Positions 51,480 to 62,129 of a DNA stretch of 64,000 nucleotides are shown one piece after another. The stretch lies in NCBI GenBank assembly GCA_036172245.1, contig JAYWIR010000014.1, positions 2,170,001-2,234,000 on the forward strand, written 5' to 3'. The stretch is from Raillietiella orientalis (Eukaryota). Numbering within the stretch: the stretch's first letter is position 1; each line of letters starts with the position of its first letter. A program made the position numbers and the translations under genes. The notes below the pieces were generated by a model that saw only the letters and a program-made list of their open reading frames with translations, searched no databases and was not told where the DNA came from.

Positions 51480-51900
51480 GCAGAACTTGTGTTCCCTGCT
51501 CTTTATGTGGACTTCGGCGCCAGGTTGGGAAATGAACACAAAGCTGAAATCAATCCGTTGCTCCGATCCTTAAGAAAAAGCACTCATACTGGACATCTCA
51601 CCTATACGGGACTCCTACGAACACCCCACAGCCTCTCTTCACTTAGCTTAGATGCCTCTGCCGCTTCAATGAAAACAAAAAATGGTGCTCGATTCAAGGG
51701 CTTCCAGAGCGGCCAGCGCCTACATCCCGTATCCGGGAGAGTTGCGTCTCTGAACTGTCCCCCGCCTTTCGCTGGGCTGCAGATCTCTGGAGGAACTGTG
51801 GCGGAGGCTGACCTCAGCGCTGCTGCACCCAGAGGACACCGCGAAAGACTTACTTTCTGCAGTACTTCTTCGCACGTGGAGGGCTCTCACGTGGCGCGGC
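51480..51900 (-). mobile_element. LINE APE endonuclease N-terminal fragment
   Basis: GDSSETQLS (IxxSETWL) and LKRQRHLS*VKRGCGVFVGV (RxDRxxxRGGGVxxxV). Confidence 0.45.
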
Positions 51901-52099
51901 TATTTCACACCAGGGTGAGCCGGGGAGTGTATTTCTCTTACAGGGATCGATGGAGCCAGATGGCCCACCGATTCCAATTATTACATTAAAAAAAGGGGAC
52001 AGTCAGCGAGATCCATCACATCCACGAAGGGGAAGGGGGATGAAACAACAATAGAGAAAAAGGAAACAAACTATAAAAAACAATAAAAACTAAAATATT

Positions 52100-52800
52100 A
52101 AAACAAAAATTAGTTGAGGGGAAGGGAAGGGATCGCATTTCGTGGTGGGTGAGATCTTTCCGTCCGTCGAAGGATGCCGGCGAGCTCCTCCTTCCTTTCC
52201 AGGGGGAGCCACCTCAAAACCATTCTCAGGAAGCGGATGGCGTGCAGGACAGCTCTCCTGTCGCTTCGGCCTTCCTCGGTGACGCGCTTCCCCTCGTCCA
52301 ATGGTGCCAATGGACATTGCACGAAAGACCCAGGGAAGTATAGCAGCGCCGATTGCTGTCACTCAAGGGGAAACAGCCTACTGTCTATGAACACAGGGGG
52401 CTTCCAACTCTTCGGGCTGAATGGAGAAGAGTTCGTCCCAACGTTCCAGTCCTTTGGGGCCCATTCTTGCTGTTGCTGCGTCAGCTAGCTGTCGTGTAGT
52501 CCAGCCACCGATAGGCTTTCTGCGGGACGAGATCTTGGAGGAAACCTTCCACTTCGCCGATAGGCAGTTGCCATATACCCAGACAGTGAAGGACACCGCT
52601 GCGTCGAAGGGCGTGGCGCGGTGATCGCAACGCTAAGTTGCGTGCTCGCCATCTTGGCGACCCGCCTCACGCTGCAGCTATGCTCGCAGCGACGGAAGTT
52701 CACTCGCCTAGCAGCCTACCTTCATGAGAACCATAGCAAAGCGGCCCCATTTGCAGAAAGAAGGCGCCACGGATAGCCCTCCTGCATCTTGCGGAGGGCT
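52100..52800 (-). mobile_element. Possible 3' end of an RLE-type (R2/NeSL-like) non-LTR element
   Basis: FRRCEHS..., PRHALRRSGVL (RHNxV), RRKPIG (RKPD) and AIGAAILPW (VGARGxW) occur in the expected order. Very decayed. Confidence 0.35.
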
Positions 52801-52899
52801 GCGTAGAAGAGGTCGAAGAAGAGAAAAAGAAAAAGAGAAGAAAACGATGTGAAGAATAAAAATAAAAAGAAATGTACCAAGCCTTATCCTTCTCCTCCC

Positions 52900-54450
52900 T
52901 ATCCTTGTTAGTTTATTGCTCCCTTCCTCCTGCCCCGGACCTTCTGCTCGTTCGACCTGCGTGTCGACGATCCCACCCTGGAGACTTCTAATTTCTTCTC
53001 CTGAGAAGTCCCTTCTCAGTCATATGGATTTTTCCAAGGAACAAACGCGCCGGATGGAAACGGAGATGCACGCGAGAGGTGCTCGAGAGATGGTTCTGGG
53101 ACGAGTGGTTGTGCAGCGGAGCTCGTGCCCTTTGCGTGAGTCCCTGGACGCGCAAGCTCTCCTGCTTCCTTCCCTGACTGCGATCTAGAGCCGGCCATGC
53201 ACCTCCACCGGATCTCGTGCCGTTCTTCTCGTCTCCCCAGCGCGGGACGGGAAAGGCACCTCCGCAGCCTCAGAAGGCAGCCTCCTCCTCTTTTTCCATC
53301 CCATCGGCTCCTCCGCAGCGCTCCGCAGGAGGACAGCAGGCTCGAGGGCCCCACGGCATAGAGGTCATGGATCCTCGACCACTCTGCGCTCACCGCTTCA
53401 TTTCCGGGGAAGGCTCCCGGGAGTAATGCGTGAGAGGGGAAGTGGAAACCAGAACGACCGACGTGAGGACGGAACGCACGGGTCCATCCAGAGTGCTGCC
53501 CAGTGAGTGCTGCGAATGAGTTCAAGGAGGTTCAGGAGAAGACATCCGGACTTGCGCCGCCTCCTGAGGGTCCGGTGCAAGTCCTGAAAGATCTTCCCCG
53601 CGAGCAGCGCCCCCCCTCCCTGAAGCTCTCGGCGCGGGGGCTCTTCTCATCCGGGATGCTCCAGGCCCGTCCTCACGACCGCGGAGACGGAAAGATCGCG
53701 TGGCAACCCGGCTGCCACTGTCCCCCGTTCCGTCTCAGAGGCGCTTCTTCCAACGACGAGCAGCGCGACGGGATGCAGCAGAGAATGCCGGCGCTGCTAG
53801 TAGGTCGTGAGCGCTCAGACGGTGCTGCAGCTTCCCTGTGCTCGATTCATTGGCAGAAGGGGAGAAAACGTCAGCATTCGAGACGCAGGGGTCGCCTTCC
53901 GCTGATATTTTGTCCGAAGCACTCCCACAGGATGCATCCCGGAGAGGCTCCGCTCTGCAGCTTGCAGCGTGAGTCTCACCTCCCGTTCCGGACCGCACTC
54001 CGAAGATGTGGTGGACCGGAAAGGATCAGGAGGGAAGGAGGACGATGGATGCGGAACTTTCCCTAAGAAGGAGCGGGATTCTCTCTATTGGGAGTCCGGT
54101 TCCTGCTTGTCATCAAGCTCGACGGGCAGCTCTTCCTCTCCAGCCCCCATTTCTCTCCACCCCGTCTGCTCAACGGCGCCGGCAAGCTCTCGAATAGCGG
54201 TCGACCCTCCATCCCCCCCGCGGTTTCGACAGGGCAGAAGTCTTCCCATTAGCTGTGTCCTCCTCGGATCCCAAGAGGATGATTCATCGAGAGGTCGTCC
54301 TCCAGACGACCATCTTCCAAGCCCTGGTCGCGCCCTCCCCTAGCTTCCCCTCGCGTATCCACGCGGGGGACGCTAGGGGAGGGCTCGCTGCGAGGAAGAG
54401 ACGAAGCACCCTTCTTTCCTTCCGACCGCAATTTCACCACGTGAGAGGGT
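52900..54450 (-). mobile_element. Degenerate BEL/Pao RT end and RNase H
   Basis: GRLEDDL (YVDDL), PPRRELQGGGALLAGKI (IPRLELxAAxLxxxL), EWSRIHDLYAVG...SRW (WxHVxxxxNPAD...W). Confidence 0.65.
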
Positions 54451-54459
54451 AATTAAGAG

Positions 54460-55340
54460 AGGAGAGGCTACTGCTCCCGTGTGAAAGCCATCGGAGGGCA
54501 GGCAGAGCTCCCGATCCAGGCGCGTGGAACGCCGTCCTCCTCCCAGGACCAACGCCTGTTGGCACGGACTCGCGAGCTATCACGGTGATCGCATGGAGGA
54601 CGCGGAACAGCAGTTCCATGATGGGAATAAGAGGAGGAAGAGATCTCACTCACGATCTCCCAGAAAGGAAAAAGGGCTGCTTTCCAGCCCTCAAAAGATA
54701 CCGGAAGAAGCCCAGCGGCGGCGTATGCGGCCCGCCGCTTCTGGGAGCGCGGGAAAATCCCGGAAAGTGTGTTTCCAGCGGAGGGGAACCGTGAACCCTC
54801 TGTCGGGTTGCATGACGAGCCGAGATGCAGTTGTCCAGACTCGAGTCATCCTCACTCCCGTCTCCCGGTCATCTCTGCGTAGAGAGTTACTTTCCACGGA
54901 CGCGCCTCATGAGGCTTCCACCTGAGATGCAGAGAGCTCCCTGCGCCTTTGATCTGCTCCGCCGCCGTAGAGGCCGCTTCCTGTTGGATCCTCAGCTGCC
55001 GCTGTGAAGGCCTTTCAAGAAGGTGGGGCACTCCAGATGCTGTGCAGCCAGAGCAGCTTTCGGAGCAAGTCAGGGAGGCTCGCAAGTGGGCAAGAAGCAA
55101 GCAAGGGAAACTGCTGGCCTGAGTCCGTCCATCGTCTGCGTAGGCTGAGGAGGAGAAAGAAGAGGAACGAAATTCTTGCTTCGCAGCTTCGTGGATTCAT
55201 AGGGTGGTCCCTATGGGGCCATCTCCACGCATCTCCAAGTGCAGTGGACAGTGTTAAAAAGCTTCGTGACCCGCACCCTAGGGAGGCGAATGCTTCTCCT
55301 GTATTTGGCGGACCAAAAAAAATGGAAAACCAGGGAGAAA
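54460..55340 (+). mobile_element. BEL/Pao integrase C-terminus running into an LTR start (TGTTAAAAAG at 55252)
   Basis: HGLASYHGDRMEDAEQQF (RGxPxxIxSDNGxNF), TVNPL...ILTP (LNSRPL...LTP) and GRLASGQEASKG (WxLGRIxxxxPG), then gtggacag|TGTTAAAAAGCTTCGTGACCCGC. Confidence 0.65.
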
Positions 55341-55699
55341 AAAAAACATTAGAAGGAAAACAATAACAACAGAAGGACCCAAAATGAGGAAGAAGAGTGG
55401 AAGCTTTTCTCTCGAGGCTTTCTCCGACTCACCTCTGGATTCGCTGCGGGCTGCAAGGAGGAACAAAGAACGGTCTGGAATTGCTCGCGGCAACGCTCGC
55501 TCGTGGATGACTCGGGTTTCCTTGACTCTGTGGACTTATCCACTGAGTCAGGAAGGAAACTTTTCAAATGAGATTGGTCCATTAATGAATGTTGCTATTT
55601 TAAATTCATTCATCGAAAGAGAAGAGGAAAGGTAGGAAGTCATCAGGAATGCTGAGTAGTCTCAGCTACGGCAGTGATGAATAATTTTCCTGGATTGCA

Positions 55700-56750
55700 C
55701 AGAAAAACGCGAGGGAAGGGACGAATGTTTTCTCATTCAAGAATCTGGATTTGATCTCCAAGGTCTGCTTTCAATCCCTTTTGCCCTGGGTCATGGACCA
55801 GCACTCGGAAGAAACGAGGACGATGCCATGTCGGTGGATGAATGTCGTGACTGCCCGATTCCCAGTTCTAACACAGCATCTTCGGCATCACGTTATCACT
55901 TAGGAACAATCTGCACTGCAGAATCCAGGAAAACTCGCCGCAGTTGTCCGCGTCATGTCAAGTGTCCTCTTCTCCTGGATGCAGAGACGCTTTCCTCCGG
56001 TTTCCCCAATGTTTCGTGAGGCTAGCACGTTTGAGTGATTCTGGAATCGGCGAATTTCCACTCTCGGACTGCTCCCTTGTTCCCTTTGTTCCCAGACGAT
56101 CGAGATCTTCAGGATCTTCTGGAGCTTCCTTCGTTTTACAGATTCCACTGTTTCATCCTTTCCCGGAGCGGATCCTGCACTCCCAAGTGAAAGAACTTAA
56201 GAATGATGACTGCAATGCTGGACTGTCCATGCAATCAGCAGCGTCTCGTCGGTGGATCCGTCGATAAGAGCCACTCTTCGGTGGCGAAACCTCCCGACTT
56301 GAAGCAACTCATGGCTGCTTCCTAATTCCAGAGAACTTTTTCACCTTTTCCACAAAAGAATCGATACTTCTGGGGATGCACTTCTTTCTCGACTTTCCGC
56401 CGAGCGATCAGCGACTCTGATCCAGGAGGAATTAGGCTCGAAGGAGATTAACACTGAGAACAGTCTGGTGATCTTCGAGATTGCTTGGTCAGCCGCTCAA
56501 TTCATCGCTTTCCGGATAACTCCCCTTCTCCCGCTCATTTTTTAGGAAGATCGTGCATCCGGTCAGCGGTCGGTTCAGTGACTGACACGTCCTCTCTCGA
56601 TGGAGTCCCGTCCCTCCCTCTTCGGAATTTCTTCGGAGCCCTCGGTGCAGGGGATTCTCCTTTTTTCAAGTGCTCGTTGTCAGCTTCCTCACTTCTAAGT
56701 TGCCCCTTTTTGGCTGAAGCTCATCTTTGGACCACCTCTCTTTAGCGCAT
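55700..56750 (-). mobile_element. Degenerate BEL/Pao gag
   Basis: FSVNLLRA*FL (FSGNxxxxxxF) and YRRIHRRDAADCMDSP (YxxAxxxLxxxYxxP), with a charged N-terminal region. Confidence 0.4.
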
Positions 56751-56960
56751 CCGCCTTCGCAGACTGACCGCGTCCTCTAGGACATGAGTTTTCCACTTCC
56801 TCCTCTCCTACCTCCCACCCAAGAGAAGTCTCGTGATCCCTCGCCCTTTGATAAGTGACATCTCTTGTCATGGCTGCATTACTAACTCCAAAAATTTTTC
56901 AAATTCTCGCTGTGAAAACCGGAAATGACATGGTCAATCCTATGAGGATTATCGAAACGA

Positions 56961-56993
56961 AAGTGTGCGCTGGACGAAATCCAGCGCACACTT
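56961..56993. repeat. Perfect 14-bp hairpin with a 5-nt loop
   Basis: aagtgtgcgctgga (56961-56974), loop cgaaa, tccagcgcacactt (56980-56993). Confidence 0.9.
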
Positions 56994-57049
56994 GAAGGGT
57001 TCATAGAACACACCTTCGGAGTAGAAGATACCCGATATGCATCCCTTGA

Positions 57050-57680
57050 TCCATTATAAAATGCGTAGCTCTGATACGATGCAAGTATTCAGGAGTCTTT
57101 GACTGTTCCTTGAAAAGTCAGGCATGTCTCGGATCCATCCGTATGGAGCAATGGCAAAAAGGAAGACGGAAGATTCTAGCTGGAAACGACAGTGTCCTTG
57201 TTCTCACTTAAAGATGATTTTAGGGGAACGATTGAGATCTGTTTTGTTTCGGCCTCCTTTGGGCGAGCGAAGACTCGGTTCTTTCCTGTCAAGAGCCACC
57301 GAAAGAACAGGCGCAGCGTGCTAGTGCTGGACTATCATCGCGGAATCTTCTCGTTGGTCTAGAAGATTTAGGGGATCTGGCGATCTGCAGGACTAGCTAT
57401 GCACAAGAGTAGAGCAAAGAGGCGGACACTCACTGGGACTTTTAGATGCAGAGGGAGGTGAACGAAGAATAAGCAATCAACAAACGCTGTTCATGACCAA
57501 CTCCGTCGTATACGAATTAACGACCAGCCACTTATATGGGCCGCTCATGAGAAAGCATCACTGAAATGCAAACCATTCATTAGAGACTTGCGGGTGGCAC
57601 AGCAAACTTGGGTTTGATCGAATAAAAGATCTGAGACTCCTACAGCCATACTACTCCGAGGGCACGGTCTCTATTCCGAT
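57050..57680 (+). mobile_element. LINE RT N-terminal fragment
   Basis: SSWKRQCPCSHLK...LFRPPLGERRLGSFLSR resembles WKxAxVxxIxK...YRPIxLxxxxGKxxE. Confidence 0.5.
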
Positions 57681-57899
57681 CGGCAAAATTAAGCAGAGTC
57701 GGCATCGACTTGATGGGATGGCGCCTGGGGACCCCGGCAGAGCTAGATCCAAGAAACTAAGGTGCAAAAATGACTTGGAGACTAAGGAGGGAGTGAATTT
57801 TCGATTAGTTCGAAGAAGGGGCGAGGCAAAGAACTGTTGGGAGAGGGAAAAAGGAGGAACTGGAGGTGAAACAAGTGAGTCAGACGTCAAATTGTCTGC

Positions 57900-58620
57900 A
57901 AGATGTCAAGGAATGAAGCATCGGTCAGTAGAGGACACAAGTTGAAGAGGTAATCGATGAGAAGAGAAAGAGTCACATCAGACTCACCTTGAACTTTTTC
58001 AAGAGAACGTGATGAGAAAGACCTCGAAAGAAGTTTGGAATGGTCCCTGCATGTTCTCCACATCGTACTCAAGTAAATAGGAAAAATGACCGAGAATGGA
58101 TCTTCGAGGATGGGTTTTTGAAAAGAAAAGAAAAGAAGCATGCAAGGACCTCACCGAGATGGGCTATGCAATATGGAAGATCAAGAGATTTACAAAGTGG
58201 AAAAGCACAAGAAACTAATTCCTGAATCTGCAGGATGCATGAGACTGTTGCTACTGAAATAAATCATGGAAAGTTCAATCTCCAAGGATCAGTTGACAGC
58301 AGCATCTACTTGAGGAAGTAAGAGATGCTGCGTCAGCTGAATCATTTTCTACCATAAAAGCTTGTAAGTGTGAATATTCATAGAGAAGATCGAGTAACTT
58401 TTTTGGTCTCTACATCATCAACGGAAGTGCTCTAGAAGACCTCTAGAAGATAGAGACTATCCTTCCAGATACCAAGCAATGTACAGGCAAAGTGCAAGAC
58501 GTTCACAGGGAAAAGTCTCGTCTATGATCCCATTTCTGACGCAGACACAATGGCGTCTAAATTCTATTTAGAAAGGGTCAGTTCCAGAATGCTGACCTCA
58601 CCTGGGGAAACCAACGTGGC
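57900..58620 (+). mobile_element. Degenerate BEL/Pao gag
   Basis: KRKSHIRLT at the N-terminus, a charged region, then EDRVTFLVSTSSTEV (xKxxYLxxxxxGxA). Confidence 0.4.
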
Positions 58621-58629
58621 CTAGACACT

Positions 58630-59660
58630 CGCTCCAAGATTTATATTTCGTTTCAAAGAATGCCATGTAATTGCTGACTCCTTTCGTTTGGCTCCTGTTC
58701 CTGGCGCTGAGCCAGCCCATAGCAAGAGGATCTGGAATGGACTCTTAGCCTGTGAGATATGTGCGGCGCTCAAAAGTTTTGGGTTCAACTCCGGAAGGAC
58801 GAATTGCTCCTCTTTCCTGGTGAACAGGAATGTACTACCTCTGAATGAGTTTCGTTTTCTTAGCCGTTGCCGAAGTCACTACGCCATTTCTGGAAGTTTC
58901 TCGAAAGGAGGGAACAGTCCGCATCATTCAGGTCACCAACTCTTTGCCGCCAGACTTTCTGATCGAAGGACTATTCAGGATGAATTCTTCCAGACGGTGT
59001 TCTGAGTCGGATTTTCTGCCGAAGACAAAGGTCGATCCGACCTCCAAGAACTCAGTGGAAGCTGATGGAATCGTGAACCTCGGAGTCCTCTGGCGAGATG
59101 GGATAAGATCTCAGTAGGCCTGCAGAGGATGTGTGCGGAAACAAGATCCGTCCTCTCTGTCTGTGCGTAGGTTTATGGAAGTGTCCCTGTCGACCTGCAT
59201 ACGGAGCAGTGCCATGAATGGCTGGCCCAACTGCGGAGATAAGCGGATGAGTTCGGCCAAGAGATCTTGGTTTACATGGTTAGGGCACTCATGGTTCACC
59301 GTTGAGTCAAGGATGAAGAGCAGAGAAAACATCAAGAGGTGCATCCATACCGCAGGTGCAGGCATAACCCGGTGACTGGAGAGGAAAACAATGATGCTCT
59401 CCAGAGCAGCCTGCACCTGAAAAACGAGATGCTGGATGCTTCTGCAATGAAAAAGGAAAACCCAACAAGCCGAAGGAAGGACAAATGAGGATGAATGAGA
59501 CGGGACGGTGCCTCGGGGATCTGGGACCAAAGAAAGCCACGCTCTTTCCAAAGGTCAAGTGACTTTCATACCGACTCGGTGAAAGAAGTTGACTACATGG
59601 ACCACAGAATGCTGGGCTCCAGACATCAAATGGTAGGCTTGGTAACACCTTTCTGTCAGC
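58630..59660 (-). mobile_element. BEL/Pao integrase fragment
   Basis: KVLPSLPFDVWSPAFCGP (RVxxxxPFxxxGVDFxGP) and PLAMGWLSARNRSQTKGVS (WPLGRIxxxxPGxDGxV). Confidence 0.65.
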
Positions 59661-59669
59661 GGCCTTGAG

Positions 59670-60220
59670 GAGAGAGGAGATTGATTCGGGGTATACGAGG
59701 GAGGGGAAAGTCCACCAAGGATTGGCCATGCTCCCTGGTCAGCAAGACTGCCAAACGGTTGACCCTGCCGACTCCTCCCCGCCTTCCTATCCACTCGCTG
59801 GTTTCTCCGCAGCGCCTCCTCGTCTCGGCCTCATTCGTCGGGTCAGGGGCGGCGGGCCGCGTGCTCCTCAAAGAGGCTTGCAGAAGGACCCAGCGCGTAG
59901 GCTCCTCCCCCCTCCCCAGAGGAGGGACTGTCGCGGAGCAGCGGGAGAGGAGGTGACCCCGCTCCCCGTCTCCGCCGTTCCCGAAGCAGCGGGCTGGATT
60001 TTCGACACTCCTCCCCGTGGAGGGAGTCTGTTCACACGAGTTCCAGGTATTCGACAAAAGTCTCACGTTCCCGAAAGAAAAGGAAGTCTCCACGGGGCCA
60101 GGGGACATAAAAGGATGGGCACACAACAATAAAGGGAGGATTTACATCACTAACGAGAGCGGCACCTGGTCCTCGGAGTGCCGGAGCAGCGATCAATCAT
60201 AGAAAAATCTCAAGTCGGGA
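59670..60220 (+). mobile_element. Gypsy integrase C-terminal fragment
   Basis: SLVSKTAKRL (ERxVxTxKxxL), GAAGRVLLKEACRRT (GxSPAELLxGRxLRT), FQVFDKS...RIYITNESG (LxxGDxV...RSYxVxTxxG). Confidence 0.5.
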
Positions 60221-60789
60221 GAGAAAAAAAAAAAGCTTCTCTCGGGGAGTCAAGAATTTATGGTGAGGAGGCACGCAACCTGACGCTATCACCAAAAGCC
60301 ACACGCAAATGATGGGATCAATAAGGTCTGTTTCCAAGTAACTGCTCCGTGCAACGAGCAGTTACTTAGGAACAGACTTTCATAAACTTTCCGCGTCGGT
60401 GCAGACCCAGCAATCCGTGGATGAGGTCTTCATGGCAGAGAAAAAAATAAAAAGAAAAGAGGAGGGAAAAGGGCGAGGAAGAAGAGGGAAGAGAAAATAA
60501 CGAACTCTCGAGCGCTTCCTGATGTGCTCCGCCGGCGTCACTTCTCCCGATCCACTCCCGATCCACCTAATGCGAATTTAGTGTTCCCAACTATAATAAA
60601 TTAGCGGCCGAAATAGACGTACATCCATTTGGTCCGGTAGAAAACACGTGATGGAAGAACAATTTCATCATAATTAATCATACTAATTCGAACAGACCAT
60701 TTAGGTAATTGAATCCAGGGAAGAGGAGGAGGAGAAGGAGGAGGAAGAAGACGAAAAAAAAGTTCAGTCAGCTTTCGCGAAGTCGCTAA

Positions 60790-61300
60790 GAACCGAAAGG
60801 GAAAGCCGACGAAGAGAGCAGCATCCCTCCGGCACCGAAGGATCAACATGCCATACTGGTCCTCCAATGATTCCATGAGGTGGCCGCTGTCGAACCATCA
60901 GGAATCCGGGGAAAGGATCAACCACCGAAGTTTTTCGTGGTGGGGATGCAATGGCACCCGGATGGGCCTACCGGGAAGTCTTATCTGGACGAGCAAAAAC
61001 TCCAGGGTTCTCTTCCAGAGGTGGGTCCATCCCTGGGCCGACTCCTCCAAGTACTTCCTCCGGTTCGGCCGCTGCCTTGAGGGAGTGAAGCCGGCTGGTT
61101 GTTCTTGATGGTTGCGTACGGCCGAAGAGGCGTTTCGTCGTTCTGAGCGCATGCCGCTGGATGCTAAGAACTCTTGAAGATCCTACCTCACTCCCCTTCC
61201 GTCTTCTCCTCACCGTGGCACCCGTCCAACCGAGGCAAGGCCAGGGCTCAGTTGGTCAATCAGGTCGACTAGCGCTCTCATTCTGAAGATGAGCGGCTGC
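60790..61300 (-). mobile_element. BEL/Pao integrase core fragment
   Basis: AQGWTHLWKRTL...HHEKLRWLI...WFDSGHL resembles APxWGGxWERxV...xEELxTxL...LNSRPL. Confidence 0.65.
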
Positions 61301-61439
61301 AGCAGCAGATTTTCAAAAACTCTGCACTTCCATTTTCACGCTCTCGAGTCCGAATCGTCCTCGGCCACCAATTAGTCTCCTAAGAAAGATGCTTTATTTT
61401 TAGAATTCTTCGGCCCTCTGCAGCTTCCTTCCAGCTTCC

Positions 61440-62070
61440 TTTTACAGAGGCACTCGATTGTTCGGGATATCGGATGATTCCGGATGATGAGATGCCCTTT
61501 CAGGTCTCAGTAGAAGGACCATTGCTCTGCCTGTTAAGCTACCCTGAGATGTAGGGTAGGCAGGCTGGGAGGGGAAAAGAGAAAAGCGCCATGTGATGCT
61601 TGTGCCAATCGCATCCAGACTCTGCATCACCCAAATTTGCATCCGTCTGGGTTCCCTTGCAGAAGCTCCTTCGAATCAGAGACTCCAAGCCGCATTCTGA
61701 GGCGAGCCGAGATGGTGCTTTCGCAGCCATCGAACATCCTGATCTGGAAGCGCTCAATGGTAGAGGCGCGGAGGCGTCGGTAAGCACCACGGAAGGTGTC
61801 GCAGGAGCACCCGGGAAGCTCCTGTGGCTGACCAACTCGCAGGGAGGTCACAAACGCTGCTGCGTCCTCCACGACAATCGGCGACCTACAACTACCGGGT
61901 CGAGGTGGACGGTGCTACAGGCGTCTCTAGAAACCTCCGAACCCATAGGCTTGGCGGTGGCTTGTAAACAATGATGCTGAGGAAGTGTTCCGCAGCCGCG
62001 GAGGAACTGAGAGCCCACCCAAGACCGACGGGTGCAGATGCATCCTTGGAAAAGAAAAGCAGAGGAGGCG
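61440..62070 (-). mobile_element. BEL/Pao integrase core fragment
   Basis: DACSTVHLDPV (CxxTRAVHLELV) and AAAFVTSLRVGQPQELPGCSCDTFRGA (RFxxRRGxPxxIxSDNAxTFxGA). Confidence 0.7.
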
Positions 62071-62129
62071 TTCTCTGGAGACAAGTCGACTGCCCTCTTC
62101 CCTGCTTCGCTGTTTTCTCTAATTTCCTT

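Noticed and set aside
56935..56995. Hammerhead ribozyme (cctatgag...gaaac)
   Set aside because: The core lacks the invariant G of CUGANGA, and no stem I/III with a cleavage triplet could be built.
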